A stretch of 64,000 bases of DNA from Candidatus Zixiibacteriota bacterium (GTDB lineage: Bacteria; Zixibacteria; MSB-5A5; RBG-16-43-9), in NCBI GenBank assembly GCA_030692925.1, contig JAUYBY010000023.1, positions 22,612 through 86,611 on the forward strand, read 5' to 3'. A model generated the notes under the pieces. That model saw nothing but the letters and a program-made list of their open reading frames with translations. It was not told the DNA's origin and did not search any database. Positions 9,745-20,007 of this stretch are shown here, in pieces. Position 1 is the stretch's first letter, and each line of letters begins with the position of its first letter. The position numbers and the translations under genes are program-made.

Positions 9745-12700
9745 CTAGGCTGAACTCGTCATCTCCTGGGCAAGTTTTTTTATGTCGGTGAGGAGATCAA
9801 GCTTTTCTTTTTCGTCAAGGTAGCTTTGTTTTAACTCCGGGTCATCTATATTCTGGCTCAAGGCTTTTATGAGTTTGCCAGCCTTTTCATATTCCTTATA
9901 AGCATTTTCAAGGTCATTTTTCAAAAAGCTGAGTTTTCCTCTGAGGAAATAAATTCTCCAGATAATCTCAAGCCGGTTGAGCCTTAATGCCTTCTCTAAA
10001 GCCACCTCTGAATATTCTAAAGCCTGATTTAGATTCCCTTGTTTAAACTCCTTGCGGAGGAGCATATAATAATATTCGGACTCAATTAAAGGCATACTAT
10101 TCTGATCAATGATCTTTTTAGCATTTTCCAGATAGCTTTCAAGCATCCGGTTCTGGCTTGAATCCAAATAAGCCCAGGCAAGATCTAAACTTAAGCTGAG
10201 CTTATCCTCCAACGAGTTCAGCTTCTCAGCCAGGGCGATCGAATTTTCCAGCAGCTTCAAGGCTTCAGCGGTCTTTTTGTTTTTTCTTAAGAGTATTCCC
10301 TTTAAGCGACCAACTGCTATTTGGGTCCTTTTATCATCTATCGCCCTTGATATCTCCAGAGCTTCTTCCAAAAACCGATTCGCATCTTCTGAACGGTTCA
10401 ACAGAAAGAACAACCTTCCCAGAGAGAGCAGAACTGAAACTTTCAATTCTTTATCCTTTATTTCGTCGGAAATATCTAGAGCTTCTTTCAATTGAGTTAA
10501 TGCACCCTGATAGGAACCAGTTTCCAGGTCTATATTAGCCAGACTTTTTAATAAATAGCCGACCGGCTGCTGGAAGCCTATGTCCCGGGCTATTTCTAAT
10601 CCCCGTCTGGCATAATTTGTAGCTTTCTGGTAATCTCCTAATTTAAAGTAAGATTCGCTAAGATTTACCATATTTATAGATATTTCCTTTTTGTTTTCAG
10701 TCTCCTGGTTCAGCTTTAAAGATTCAAGGTAATATGGGATAGCCAGAGAATAAAATCCTGAGAAATACTCGACCAACCCCAGGTTGTTCAGAGACTGTGC
10801 GATCTTCTCCTTATTCTGTAGCTCTTTTCTTATCTCCAGAGATTCAGTATAATATCTTCTGGCTTCAGAATATTGATGCAAAGAAAGATAAATTGAACCG
10901 ATGTTATTCAAGGTGGAGGCTATATGATACTTATCACCCAGAGATTTTTGTATTTTCAATGCTTCCGCAAATACCTCTAATGCTTTTTGATATTGGGAAT
11001 CGATCCAATAGATATTGCCTAAATTATTCAGGGTGTGTGATACCTCTTTATTGTCCTTTAATTCCTGGAAAATCTTTTTGGCTCTTAATAGAGCATCCAA
11101 TCCTTTAGGGTAATCATGTTTTAACCTAAAAAGATCTCCCAAATCCTTATAGGTCTCAGCGATTAGTCTCTGGTTTTCTGAAAATTCAACTATCTTCAGG
11201 ATCTCCTCATAGTCTTTTTGAGCCTGGTTTAACTCTCCGATACTCTTCAAAAGATCGCCCCTTTGCATCAGAGCCTGAGCAATTTTTTCTGATTTCTCCC
11301 TTTCATCAGAGAGTTTTTCAGCGGCCGCCAAGGCTTTTTCAAGATATTTTAAAGCCTGAGGAAAGTCCAGATCCTTCTGATTTTTGATGGCACAGATAAG
11401 GGAGTAATCATAAGCTTTAAAGTAATCATCGCTGGAGATGAAATGAGAAGCGATCTCTTCGGTCTCGATTTCCTCTCCCCTGGATTTTCGTCCCTCCAGA
11501 AAATATGCCAGTTTACGATGGAGAGCTTCCTTGTCTCCTACGAAGTTCTTGTAGGTTAAAGACTGGAGCGTGGGGGTGGCGAAAGCATATGTCAGGGAGT
11601 TAAGTCTTTTCTGAGCCTGAATCAAAATTCGGTCTTTCAAAAGGATGAAGAGAGATTCGAATGTTTTGTCCTCTTCATATCCTGTCAGGAATTTTATAGA
11701 GTTCAGGTCAAACTCCATACCGATAACTGAAGTTAGATTGAGAAAATTCAAGATTTCCTCAGGATATTTTCTGAGATTCCCCAGGATCGTCTTTTCGATA
11801 GTGTCAGGGATATTGATCCCTTTTAGAAGCTGTTCTTCAAATCTAAAGAAGCTTTTTTCAACATACAGGGCTTTCTTTTCAAACAGATACTTCAAAATTT
11901 CCAAAGCAAAAAGTGGAACCCCGGAGGAATTCTGGTAAATGAAATCAAGCAAAGTATCAGGGACAGTTTTCTGTCCTAACTTCTGAGACAGGAGCTTACC
12001 CAGGTCCTGCATCGTAAGAGAGGGTAATCTCAGAAGGTGGAACTGGTTTGAACCAGTCAGGCAGTTGATCAAAGATTTAAGCTTACCCTTTGGGTCTAAA
12101 TTGGCTTCTTGTAGGGTTCCACATAAGAAGAGCTTAGATTTATCCAGGACTTTAGTCAGTTCCTCCAACAAAACCAGACTTCCTTCTCCCATATGGTGAA
12201 GGTCCTCAAAAGCTAAAACAAAAGGATAAAGATTAGAAGCCTCAAGTATGAAAGAAGAGAGTTTTTCCAGTTCTGAACTGGCCTGACTTTCTTTTTCATA
12301 ACCTTGGTTTAAGAAAGATTTAAAAATCTCTTCATATCTTTCGCCAAATGAGGGATGAAGCTTTTCAAAAAAGGGCCAGATTCGGCTGAAAAGCTCTCTT
12401 ACGGGCTGGAGAGGGTGGGTCTCATCCTTGAGGCAATCTATCTGAACAAAAAGAATCCCTTCAAGCTGGGCTTCCCTTTTTAGGTATTTAAGAAGAGTGG
12501 ATTTACCTATTCCCATCTCTCCCTCGATCAGAAATAACCTTCCTCCCCGGGTAAGTGATTCATCCAGCTCTTTTTTCAGTGCCTCATATTCTTTCTCCCG
12601 GTCGAGGATCTTACCACCGTAGATTCTGTTTAAATAGGAAGTCTTCTCAGACCCCCAGGCTGGAAAAGGAGTAATATCCGAAAGAGCCTCTTTTAGCTCT

Positions 12701-13473
12701 GATATATCCTGAAAGCGATCCTCAGGTTTTTTTTCAAGCAGTTTCAGAACCAGTGAGTCCAGACCCTGCGGCAATTCAGGTCTTAAGACAGACGGAGGAG
12801 GGGCGATTTTCTCCAGATGGTCAGACCTCAAAATCAAAGGATCCTCAGAGGAAAAAGGGACATTTGAGGTCAGAAGCTCAAACAAGATTATCCCCAGAGA
12901 ATAAAGATCTGTCTGCGGGTCGATTTTTTGACCGAGAAAAACCTCTGGAGCCATATATTCAAGTGTCCCTGCAGTGCTGGAAGAAGCTTGAGAGAAGGTT
13001 TTGCGTGCTAATCCGAAGTCCAGGAGTTTTACGGAGAAGATGTTACCGGTTAACTTGAAATTGGAGGGTTTAAGGTCAGCATGCACAAGATCCTGAGAGT
13101 GAAGGTACTCCAGTATGTCGCAGATCTGCCAAACGACCTGGTAAAACCTGTTTAAATCTGGCCGGGCAACTTCTGGAGTGAGCTCTTCTCCCTGCACCAT
13201 CTCCATAGTGTAGAAGGCGCTTTTGTCAAGAGTATACCCAAAATCATAGACCTCCACTATGCCGGGGTGAGACAGCTCTGAGGTCAGCCTGAATTCCTGC
13301 TTGAAATTCTCCAGGCTGTCTTCTTTCTGCTCTTCTTGGGCAGAATGGAGCTTCAGGGCAACAGTTTTTCCCTCCCACAAGTCTATAACCTCTAAGACCT
13401 TTCCCAAGCCACCCTGGCCAATTTCCTTTATGACTTGATAGCGTGGAGTAATGAACTCTTTTTCGGTTGACAT
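9745..13473 (-). CDS. Ser/Thr protein kinase - STAND/AAA NTPase - TPR-repeat protein (1242 aa)
   Basis: Kinase motifs HADLKPSNF, DFGLAR and APE; Walker A GEMGIGKST; about 500 aa of C-terminal TPR repeats. Confidence 0.85.
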   Translation of the reverse strand: MSTEKEFITPRYQVIKEIGQGGLGKVLEVIDLWEGKTVALKLHSAQEEQKEDSLENFKQEFRLTSELSHPGIVEVYDFGYTLDKSAFYTMEMVQGEELTPEVARPDLNRFYQVVWQICDILEYLHSQDLVHADLKPSNFKLTGNIFSVKLLDFGLARKTFSQASSSTAGTLEYMAPEVFLGQKIDPQTDLYSLGIILFELLTSNVPFSSEDPLILRSDHLEKIAPPPSVLRPELPQGLDSLVLKLLEKKPEDRFQDISELKEALSDITPFPAWGSEKTSYLNRIYGGKILDREKEYEALKKELDESLTRGGRLFLIEGEMGIGKSTLLKYLKREAQLEGILFVQIDCLKDETHPLQPVRELFSRIWPFFEKLHPSFGERYEEIFKSFLNQGYEKESQASSELEKLSSFILEASNLYPFVLAFEDLHHMGEGSLVLLEELTKVLDKSKLFLCGTLQEANLDPKGKLKSLINCLTGSNQFHLLRLPSLTMQDLGKLLSQKLGQKTVPDTLLDFIYQNSSGVPLFALEILKYLFEKKALYVEKSFFRFEEQLLKGINIPDTIEKTILGNLRKYPEEILNFLNLTSVIGMEFDLNSIKFLTGYEEDKTFESLFILLKDRILIQAQKRLNSLTYAFATPTLQSLTYKNFVGDKEALHRKLAYFLEGRKSRGEEIETEEIASHFISSDDYFKAYDYSLICAIKNQKDLDFPQALKYLEKALAAAEKLSDEREKSEKIAQALMQRGDLLKSIGELNQAQKDYEEILKIVEFSENQRLIAETYKDLGDLFRLKHDYPKGLDALLRAKKIFQELKDNKEVSHTLNNLGNIYWIDSQYQKALEVFAEALKIQKSLGDKYHIASTLNNIGSIYLSLHQYSEARRYYTESLEIRKELQNKEKIAQSLNNLGLVEYFSGFYSLAIPYYLESLKLNQETENKKEISINMVNLSESYFKLGDYQKATNYARRGLEIARDIGFQQPVGYLLKSLANIDLETGSYQGALTQLKEALDISDEIKDKELKVSVLLSLGRLFFLLNRSEDANRFLEEALEISRAIDDKRTQIAVGRLKGILLRKNKKTAEALKLLENSIALAEKLNSLEDKLSLSLDLAWAYLDSSQNRMLESYLENAKKIIDQNSMPLIESEYYYMLLRKEFKQGNLNQALEYSEVALEKALRLNRLEIIWRIYFLRGKLSFLKNDLENAYKEYEKAGKLIKALSQNIDDPELKQSYLDEKEKLDLLTDIKKLAQEMTSSA

Positions 13474-13552
13474 AACTTCAGAATATTTTTTTAAAGAGAG
13501 GAGAGGGAGAATTTCAAATTTCTAAAAAAAAGGTCTCAACGTCAGTAACAAT

Positions 13553-15265
13553 TTAAGAGGAGCTTAAAGGGAAGCTGAGCAGGAAGGAGGTACCTTTTCC
13601 TAACTCGCTTTCCACCTTTATTTCCCCTTTATGGTTTCTTATGATCTTCTGACAGGTCACCAGCCCCAGTCCATGACCCTCTTTCTTGGTGGTGAAATGC
13701 GGCTCAAAGATCTTACTTAAGTTTTCCGCAGGGATCCCTGTCCCGTTATCCTCTATTTTCACCCAGACTTTTTTCTCTTCAGGCCTGTATTCACTGGAGA
13801 TCCAAATCTCCCCTTTTCCGTCTGGCCTTTCCTTTATAGATTCAGCCGCATTGTTAAACAGGTTTAAAAAAACCTGCTGGATTTGACCTGCATCTAATTC
13901 CAGCATAGGTAACTCCGGGTCAAAGTTGGTGTTGAACTTTATCTGGGAGAACTTAGTCTGCGGTTTTAAGGAGAAGAGCAGGTCCTCGATCAGGTTTTTC
14001 AGGTCATATTTCTCCACTTTAGTCTCCAGCCTGGAGAAATCCATCAGCCCATCGGTGAAGCGTTTCATAGTGTTGACGCTTTCCAGGATAGCCCTGGCAT
14101 TGGAGGAGACTTTTTCAAGCTCACCTTTTTTCAAGTGTAAAGGTAAGAGCTCAGCGTTGTTCAGGATTATGGTAAGGTAGTTATTTAACTCATGCCCTAT
14201 GGAAGCTGACATCTCCCCGGCAGCCACCAGTTTCTCAGACTGGATAAGCCTTTTTTCCAGAAGCACCTTATCGGTGATGTCCTCCACTACCAGGATCAAG
14301 CCCATTATTCTGTTCTCCACGTTTTCCAAAGGGCTTACCTTTACAGATAAGACTAATTCTTCATCTTTAAACTTATGAAAAGATTTTGCCTCCTCATAAG
14401 GCTGGCCAGTATATAGCACCTGATAGCAGATCTTTTTCCACTTGTTCTTCTCCTCCTCTGGAACCAAGTCTAAAATGGAGATCTGGTTGAAGGAAAGATC
14501 TGAAAGATCCTCTCTCCAGCCGGCTTTCTTGAAAATCTCCCTGGAAGCCTGGTTGGCTATGGTGATCCAGAGGTTGTTGTCCACCACCAGCAGCCCAATC
14601 GGGGTGCGGCTGACCACGTTTTCGTTGTATATTTTCAGGGCTAAAAGGTTCTCGTATAATTTGGCATTCTCAATGGCAATGGCAGCCTGTCCGGCAAAAA
14701 GCTCAAAAACATAAAGGTCGCTCTGCAAAAATACGTTGTTTTTAGAGGAGTTGTCCAGATACAAAATCCCGATGATCTTCTCCTTACTTTTCAGGGGAAC
14801 GCACATTATCGATTTTAACTTGAGTTCCAGGATGCTTTTTTGTTTGGAGAACCTCTCATCTTTTAAGGCATCGCTGGTATAGATCGATTCGCCAGTTGTT
14901 GCCACCTTATTGGCAATCGACATACTTATCCTGAAGTCCTCTTTGCTCAAAGATTCGTTGGTTATATTATGCGCGGTCTTGAACTGCAGCTCTCCTTTAT
15001 CATCTAAGAGCATCAGGAAACCTCTTTCCGCCCTTAAAAGAGAGACTGCCTTTTTCATCACGGTCTGCAGGATGTCATCCAGCACCAGAGAGGAGTTAAT
15101 CGCCTGACTGACCTCTAAGAGGGCTTCTAAATCGTCATTTTTAAATTTTCCAGTAGTGTTATTTTGTAAACGGGGGTGTGCGGTCTGGACTTTCTGAAAG
15201 AGGCTTTCCATTTCCTCCAAGGCAGTTTTGTCCTTTTTGTTAACCCCTGAATTGTTCATTCCCAT
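13553..15265 (-). CDS. Sensor histidine kinase with GAF and PAS domains
   Basis: GAF region, PAS region, HisKA H-box (SIGHELNNYL) and HATPase_c N/G boxes (NLFNNAAESI, GTGIPAE, GHGLGL). Confidence 0.85.
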   Translation of the reverse strand: MGMNNSGVNKKDKTALEEMESLFQKVQTAHPRLQNNTTGKFKNDDLEALLEVSQAINSSLVLDDILQTVMKKAVSLLRAERGFLMLLDDKGELQFKTAHNITNESLSKEDFRISMSIANKVATTGESIYTSDALKDERFSKQKSILELKLKSIMCVPLKSKEKIIGILYLDNSSKNNVFLQSDLYVFELFAGQAAIAIENAKLYENLLALKIYNENVVSRTPIGLLVVDNNLWITIANQASREIFKKAGWREDLSDLSFNQISILDLVPEEEKNKWKKICYQVLYTGQPYEEAKSFHKFKDEELVLSVKVSPLENVENRIMGLILVVEDITDKVLLEKRLIQSEKLVAAGEMSASIGHELNNYLTIILNNAELLPLHLKKGELEKVSSNARAILESVNTMKRFTDGLMDFSRLETKVEKYDLKNLIEDLLFSLKPQTKFSQIKFNTNFDPELPMLELDAGQIQQVFLNLFNNAAESIKERPDGKGEIWISSEYRPEEKKVWVKIEDNGTGIPAENLSKIFEPHFTTKKEGHGLGLVTCQKIIRNHKGEIKVESELGKGTSFLLSFPLSSS

Positions 15266-15403
15266 CCTCCACAGGAGAAGAGTTTAAAAGATAAAGATTC
15301 ATTTCTTTTTATCGGCAGATTGGGCATTTTTATAATGATAGAATGAAGAGAAAAAAACTGTAGCGTTGCCTCTTTCAGGGAGAGGGAATAAAAACACAAA
15401 AAA

Positions 15404-15710
15404 TGGTAAGTTGTAGTTGCCCAATTTATTGGGCATGTTTTTAGCTCGATAAATCGAGCAACTACATCTGAGGCAATGTAAAGTGGAACAGACATCTTGT
15501 CTGTTCTTTGAAGTCAGATAGGGATGTCGGCCCATCATTAGGGGAGGGTCGTCCTCACGGGAGTGAGGACGCTATAGCTTTGAAGTCTGCCAGATGGGTT
15601 CGGGAATTCCAATTCCCGAACCAACCTCAAAAATCACAAACGGATGGTAAGTTGTAGTTGCCCAATTTATTGGGCATGTTTTTAGCTCGATAAATCGAGC
15701 AACTACCCGT
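15404..15710. repeat. Composite (BIME-like) REP cluster: two 75-bp direct copies of the TGTAGTTG-CCCAAT../GCTCGATAAATCGAGC-AACTACA doublet flanking three other hairpins
   Basis: Doublets at 15412-15466 and 15653-15706; hairpins GTCGTCCTCACgggaGTGAGGACGC and GTTCGGGAATTccAATTCCCGAAC lie between them. Confidence 0.75.
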
Positions 15711-15732
15711 GCTGGGGGTGGAGTTAAACTCC

Positions 15733-16422
15733 CTACGCGGGTCTCCGTGTACTGAAGTAATCTTTCAATGCCTGGCGATGGGACTGAAATGCGATATTTT
15801 GAGGGATGCTTTTCGCAGGGAAAAACTTTACTTCTGAGGCATCATCCCCGGGTAAGGGTTCTCCGCTTACGATTTCTCCCAGATAAACTATGAGGATTGC
15901 ACGGGTGCGCGGGTCATCTGAACCTGAATAGACCCTGAATAAACCGGTCAACTTTATTTCTAAATTGGTCTCTTCTTTTACCTCCCTCACTGCACAATGT
16001 TCTGGAGATTCTCCATATTCTATAAAGCCGGCTGGCAGGCACCAGTCACCTTTATAAGGGTTATATTTTCTTCTGACCAAAACGATTTGACCTTCTTTTT
16101 CGATGATGACTCCTGCAGCAGGAGTTGGATTTCGGTATAAAACAAATCCACACACCGGACAGACCTTTCTCAAATTGTGGTCTATCCTTTTTTTGATTAA
16201 CTCCGCACTACAACGCGGGCAATATCTAAAATCTTCATCTTTTCTCAGATATTTGAAATAAAGATCATCCTCTTGTTCTTCTTCTTTTTTAGAAAACTTA
16301 GCTTTTCTTTTATAGACCTTCCCGCTTTCCTTTACCCGGGTCACAGGGGAAATAGACCAGGTTCTTCTGGTCTTGGGCTTTTTGATGGTCAATTTATCTT
16401 GAGAGGACTTTCTATAACCCAT
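15733..16422 (-). CDS. NUDIX hydrolase with NudC-type zinc ribbon and a very basic N-terminal tail
   Basis: CPRC-x15-CPVC zinc ribbon before the Nudix box GESPEHCAVREVKEETNL; Lys/Arg-rich first 60 aa. Start codon abuts the upstream stop (TAAATG), indicating translational coupling. Confidence 0.7.
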   Translation of the reverse strand: MGYRKSSQDKLTIKKPKTRRTWSISPVTRVKESGKVYKRKAKFSKKEEEQEDDLYFKYLRKDEDFRYCPRCSAELIKKRIDHNLRKVCPVCGFVLYRNPTPAAGVIIEKEGQIVLVRRKYNPYKGDWCLPAGFIEYGESPEHCAVREVKEETNLEIKLTGLFRVYSGSDDPRTRAILIVYLGEIVSGEPLPGDDASEVKFFPAKSIPQNIAFQSHRQALKDYFSTRRPA

Positions 16423-18639
16423 TTATAAAACCTTCAATATCACAATCGTGAAATCATCATACAAAGAGATGCCGTGCGCGAAGTTCTCGACTTCCCCGAC
16501 GATAAGCTCCTTCAGCTCTTCGCAGGAAAGTTTCCTGTTTTCCAAAAGCAGCTCCAAGAGCCGGTCTTCTCCGAACATCTCCTGTTTCTCATTGAAGTTC
16601 TCGGTTAGCCCATCCGAATAAAAGAAGACCAGGTCCTCAGATTCAAAAAGAATTTCCTCCATCTGGTAGGTTGCCTCAGGAAAGGGTCCCAGGATAAGCC
16701 CTCCTGTTTTGAGAAATTCCACCTTTTGGTCTTTGCGAATGACTATGGGATAGTTGTGCCCGGCATTGCAATAGGAAAGTTTTCGGGTATGAGGATTGAA
16801 CTCGCCGTAAAACATCGTTGCGAACCTGCCGTCGGAGACCGAAGAGGAGATGAGCTGATTTATGTTGGAAATAGTTTCAGAAGGCTCGAATTTATTTTTC
16901 ATCATCGCCCTTAAGGAGGCGTGTAAAAGCGATACCATCAAGGCGGCAGGGACACCTTTGCCCGAGGCATCAGCTATGGCAACCCCTAAGGAACCATCAG
17001 ACCTCTCTAAAAAGTCATAATAATCCCCTCCGACCTGATGGGCAGGCTGGGTATAAGCGGAAAGCTCAAAAGCTTTTCCTTTAGGAAAAGCCTTAGGCAA
17101 AAGCCCGAGCTGGATTTGCTTTGCTACCAGAAGCTCCTCCTCTATCTTTTGTTTTTCTAAAGACTCCTGATAGAGCTGGGCATTTTTATAGGCGACAACG
17201 AACTGGTTAGCCAGAACCTTTAAAAGGGTCAAATCCTCATAGGTATATTTTAGACCGGTGATTTTTTTGGTCAGACCGAAAAACCCGATGAACTCCTCAG
17301 AGCTATAAATTGGAACTATGAGAAAAACATCTGAGTCAGACAGGGTTTTAAAAAGGGGAGTATCTTTTTCAAAGCTCAGCTCATCTAAAAAAAATGGCCG
17401 GTCCTTTAATCTAAGCTCCTGGATCAAATGGTCATCTTCCGGGAAGGAAAGGTTTTTATCTTCTGAAAAAAGAGAAAATCTTCCATTTTTTGCATCGCAC
17501 AGGCAGAGGTAAACCTCCTCCACTAACATCTCCTTTTTCAAGGCCTCAAAGATTGTGCGGTTAAGCTCATCCAGATTCAGGATGGAGATTATCTTACGGC
17601 TGAACATCTCCATCATTATGCGGTAATCAGCTTTGTCCTTTAATAATAACCTTTTCACTAACTCATCTATCCATCCCATAATTGGCTGGAAAAGGAATAT
17701 GGCCAATATGAGGTAACCTATCTCTAAGATTGGCACCCTGCGGCCTAAAAGGGTCTGCATCAGATTACTCAACTGAGTAATCAAAAGAAAATAGATACCC
17801 AGAAGAAGGGCAGAGGTCAGGGAATAGACCAGACTCTGTCTTACCAGGGTCCTGATATCCAGAAAGCGATAGCGGATGATTGACCAGGCAATTGAGCCGC
17901 TCCCTATCAGAAGGGCTCCTATGGTTAAAGCATACCTCAGGCTGTCCGGAATCTTCAAGCTGGTCAAGGCAGGCAAGATAAAGGCGACCGCATAAAGTCC
18001 AGCAGCAGATCTAATACCCCAGGTAACCAGTTGAGCCTGAGTTTTCAAGCGGCTCTGAGTCAGTTTTCTGGTTCCCTGGTAAAGGAAGAGAACCGCCAGG
18101 AAAAGATAGGTTAAGTTTATGATCGAAAAAAACTGTAGATGAAACCTGTAGATTACCTCCACCGAAAGAGAAAGGAATTTGAGAACGAAAGTTACCGGTT
18201 GGAGAATAAAACCTCCCAGTCCGGATACATTTTCCAGGGAGGAGAGATTGATGAGATTGCGTGGCTGGTACAGAAATAAAACCAGGAGGAGGCGAAAGAT
18301 ATGAGGCGTGAAAATCAGTATCTTGGCCCGTAGGTGTTTTTTCAAAAAAAGATTTTCCACTGGAAAAACCAGGGAGAAAAGCAGAAGCTGGGGGAAGAAA
18401 AGCTCCCACAAGAAAAAGATATTGGTGTAGAAAACTGAAGTGGTAGATGCCAGCCCGCCAGCTTTAAGAATGGTTCCGAAGGCGGCAAAGATAGGGCCTG
18501 AGCCGGCAAAGAAAAGCATCAGGCTGGTTATCCGGTTTAGCCTGCCCCGGTAATCCTCGGAGAGGATAGTAATCCCTAAAAAGAAAAGGACTATGCCGCA
18601 GACCAGATAGACTGAAGCTACTAAAGTAAGAAGACCCAC
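16423..18639 (-). CDS. Membrane-anchored PP2C (SpoIIE/RsbU-type) phosphatase with GAF-like linker
   Basis: About 8 N-terminal TM helices and a C-terminal PPM domain (HQVGGDYYDF..., GVAIADASGKG..., FYSDGLTE). Confidence 0.8.
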   Translation of the reverse strand: MGLLTLVASVYLVCGIVLFFLGITILSEDYRGRLNRITSLMLFFAGSGPIFAAFGTILKAGGLASTTSVFYTNIFFLWELFFPQLLLFSLVFPVENLFLKKHLRAKILIFTPHIFRLLLVLFLYQPRNLINLSSLENVSGLGGFILQPVTFVLKFLSLSVEVIYRFHLQFFSIINLTYLFLAVLFLYQGTRKLTQSRLKTQAQLVTWGIRSAAGLYAVAFILPALTSLKIPDSLRYALTIGALLIGSGSIAWSIIRYRFLDIRTLVRQSLVYSLTSALLLGIYFLLITQLSNLMQTLLGRRVPILEIGYLILAIFLFQPIMGWIDELVKRLLLKDKADYRIMMEMFSRKIISILNLDELNRTIFEALKKEMLVEEVYLCLCDAKNGRFSLFSEDKNLSFPEDDHLIQELRLKDRPFFLDELSFEKDTPLFKTLSDSDVFLIVPIYSSEEFIGFFGLTKKITGLKYTYEDLTLLKVLANQFVVAYKNAQLYQESLEKQKIEEELLVAKQIQLGLLPKAFPKGKAFELSAYTQPAHQVGGDYYDFLERSDGSLGVAIADASGKGVPAALMVSLLHASLRAMMKNKFEPSETISNINQLISSSVSDGRFATMFYGEFNPHTRKLSYCNAGHNYPIVIRKDQKVEFLKTGGLILGPFPEATYQMEEILFESEDLVFFYSDGLTENFNEKQEMFGEDRLLELLLENRKLSCEELKELIVGEVENFAHGISLYDDFTIVILKVL

Positions 18640-18647
18640 TTTATATC

Positions 18648-19082
18648 TTATTCCTTATTCTTCAAATATTTGGTGAGACGAACTATGGTCCCGCCTTCAG
18701 GCTTGAAGATAAAATCGACTTTGTCCATCAGAGACCGGACGATGAAAATCCCCCTTCCAACTTCTTTCAGGAGGTTTTCTTCAGTTATAGGGCAGGGGAG
18801 AGAGTTAAGGTCAAACCCTTTCCCTTCGTCCTCGACCTCTATGCAGATACAGGACTTATCGCAAATGAGCCGAAGGGTGACTTTTTTTTCGGGATCCTTT
18901 TTGTTTCCGTGCACTATGGCGTTATTGACCGCTTCGGTCACTGAAATCGCCAGATCGGCCAGCTGGTTTTTGTCCAGTTTTAATTTTCTTAATTTGCCCT
19001 CTACGAAATCATCCACTTTAGCTAAATAAAGCTGGGAGCTGGGGATAATTATCTGGTTTTTCCTGCGGATTACCTTAGTCAT
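18648..19082 (-). CDS. RsbW/SpoIIAB-like anti-sigma factor / serine kinase (GHKL ATPase)
   Basis: HATPase_c fold motifs (EAVNNAIVHG, DEGKGF, GRGIFI); 144 aa. Confidence 0.8.
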   Translation of the reverse strand: MTKVIRRKNQIIIPSSQLYLAKVDDFVEGKLRKLKLDKNQLADLAISVTEAVNNAIVHGNKKDPEKKVTLRLICDKSCICIEVEDEGKGFDLNSLPCPITEENLLKEVGRGIFIVRSLMDKVDFIFKPEGGTIVRLTKYLKNKE

Positions 19083-19159
19083 TTTCTTAAATAAAAAAAG
19101 GTAGGTTGATCGACCTACCTTTAGATCTGCATTAAGTTCTTTCCAAAATAAAAGAGAGT

Positions 19160-19498
19160 TTAATTGAAGCTTCCCACTGCCTGATCAACTGATTCAAAGG
19201 TCTCAAACACGGTTATGAGCTTGGTGATGGTTAAGAGGCTCTGGATTTTTTCGGTCACATTAGCCAGTTTCAGCTCTCCGCCATTATTCCGCATGGTGGT
19301 CAGTCCGGAGATCAATATGCCCAGGCCAGTGCTGTTCATCCAATCTACTTTAGCCAGGTCGATTACAACCTTCTTTTTTCCTTGACTTATAAACTCGTGC
19401 AGCTTGTCGTGCAAAAGGGTTGCATCCGGGCCTCCCATGATCTTTCCTTTGGGTTCTAAAATCACTATCCCTTTATCTTCACGCGTAGTCAATTTCAT
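19160..19498 (-). CDS. STAS-domain anti-sigma-factor antagonist (RsbV/SpoIIAA-like)
   Basis: 112 aa with the conserved phosphorylatable MNSTGLG region. Confidence 0.85.
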   Translation of the reverse strand: MKLTTREDKGIVILEPKGKIMGGPDATLLHDKLHEFISQGKKKVVIDLAKVDWMNSTGLGILISGLTTMRNNGGELKLANVTEKIQSLLTITKLITVFETFESVDQAVGSFN

Positions 19499-19553
19499 CT
19501 TCTCCTCCTAAATTTTTTTTACGCAGAAAGAGATATAGAGTTTCAGGCCAGAT

Positions 19554-19985
19554 TCATTTAAAGAGTGCCTTGATCTTTCCCCAGGTGGTGAGATTAAGCA
19601 CTCCCATGGTGGTTAAGTTTATATCCTTTACAAAGTTGCCAGCTTTAACCTCGAAAGGCAGAGTAACTCCATACCCCTTGACTTCTAAGGTTATATAGTC
19701 ACCTTGTTCCCATCCATCCTTTTCCGAAGTGGAGGGGTCATCAGCAGGAATTAAGAGAGAATATACTCCGTTTTTAACTAGAGCCTCAGGCTTAGTTGCA
19801 ACCCCTGGGATGGAAGCCATTACCCTGCAATCGTCTGGCACCGGATTTCCTCTGTAGGTTACTTTACCTGTAAGTTGACAAACTGTATTCCCGGATTGCC
19901 CTATAGCCTCAATACTCAAAGCCAGACAGAAGAGTATAAAACAACCTTTCCAGCTTAATCTCAAAATCTTTATTACCCCTCTCAT
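19554..19985 (-). CDS. Secreted hypothetical protein (signal peptide; possible CarboxypepD_reg-like beta-sandwich)
   Basis: N-terminal signal peptide; no confident family assignment. Confidence 0.4.
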   Translation of the reverse strand: MRGVIKILRLSWKGCFILFCLALSIEAIGQSGNTVCQLTGKVTYRGNPVPDDCRVMASIPGVATKPEALVKNGVYSLLIPADDPSTSEKDGWEQGDYITLEVKGYGVTLPFEVKAGNFVKDINLTTMGVLNLTTWGKIKALFK

Positions 19986-20007
19986 AAAAGTCCTCTAATC
20001 TCTGTTT

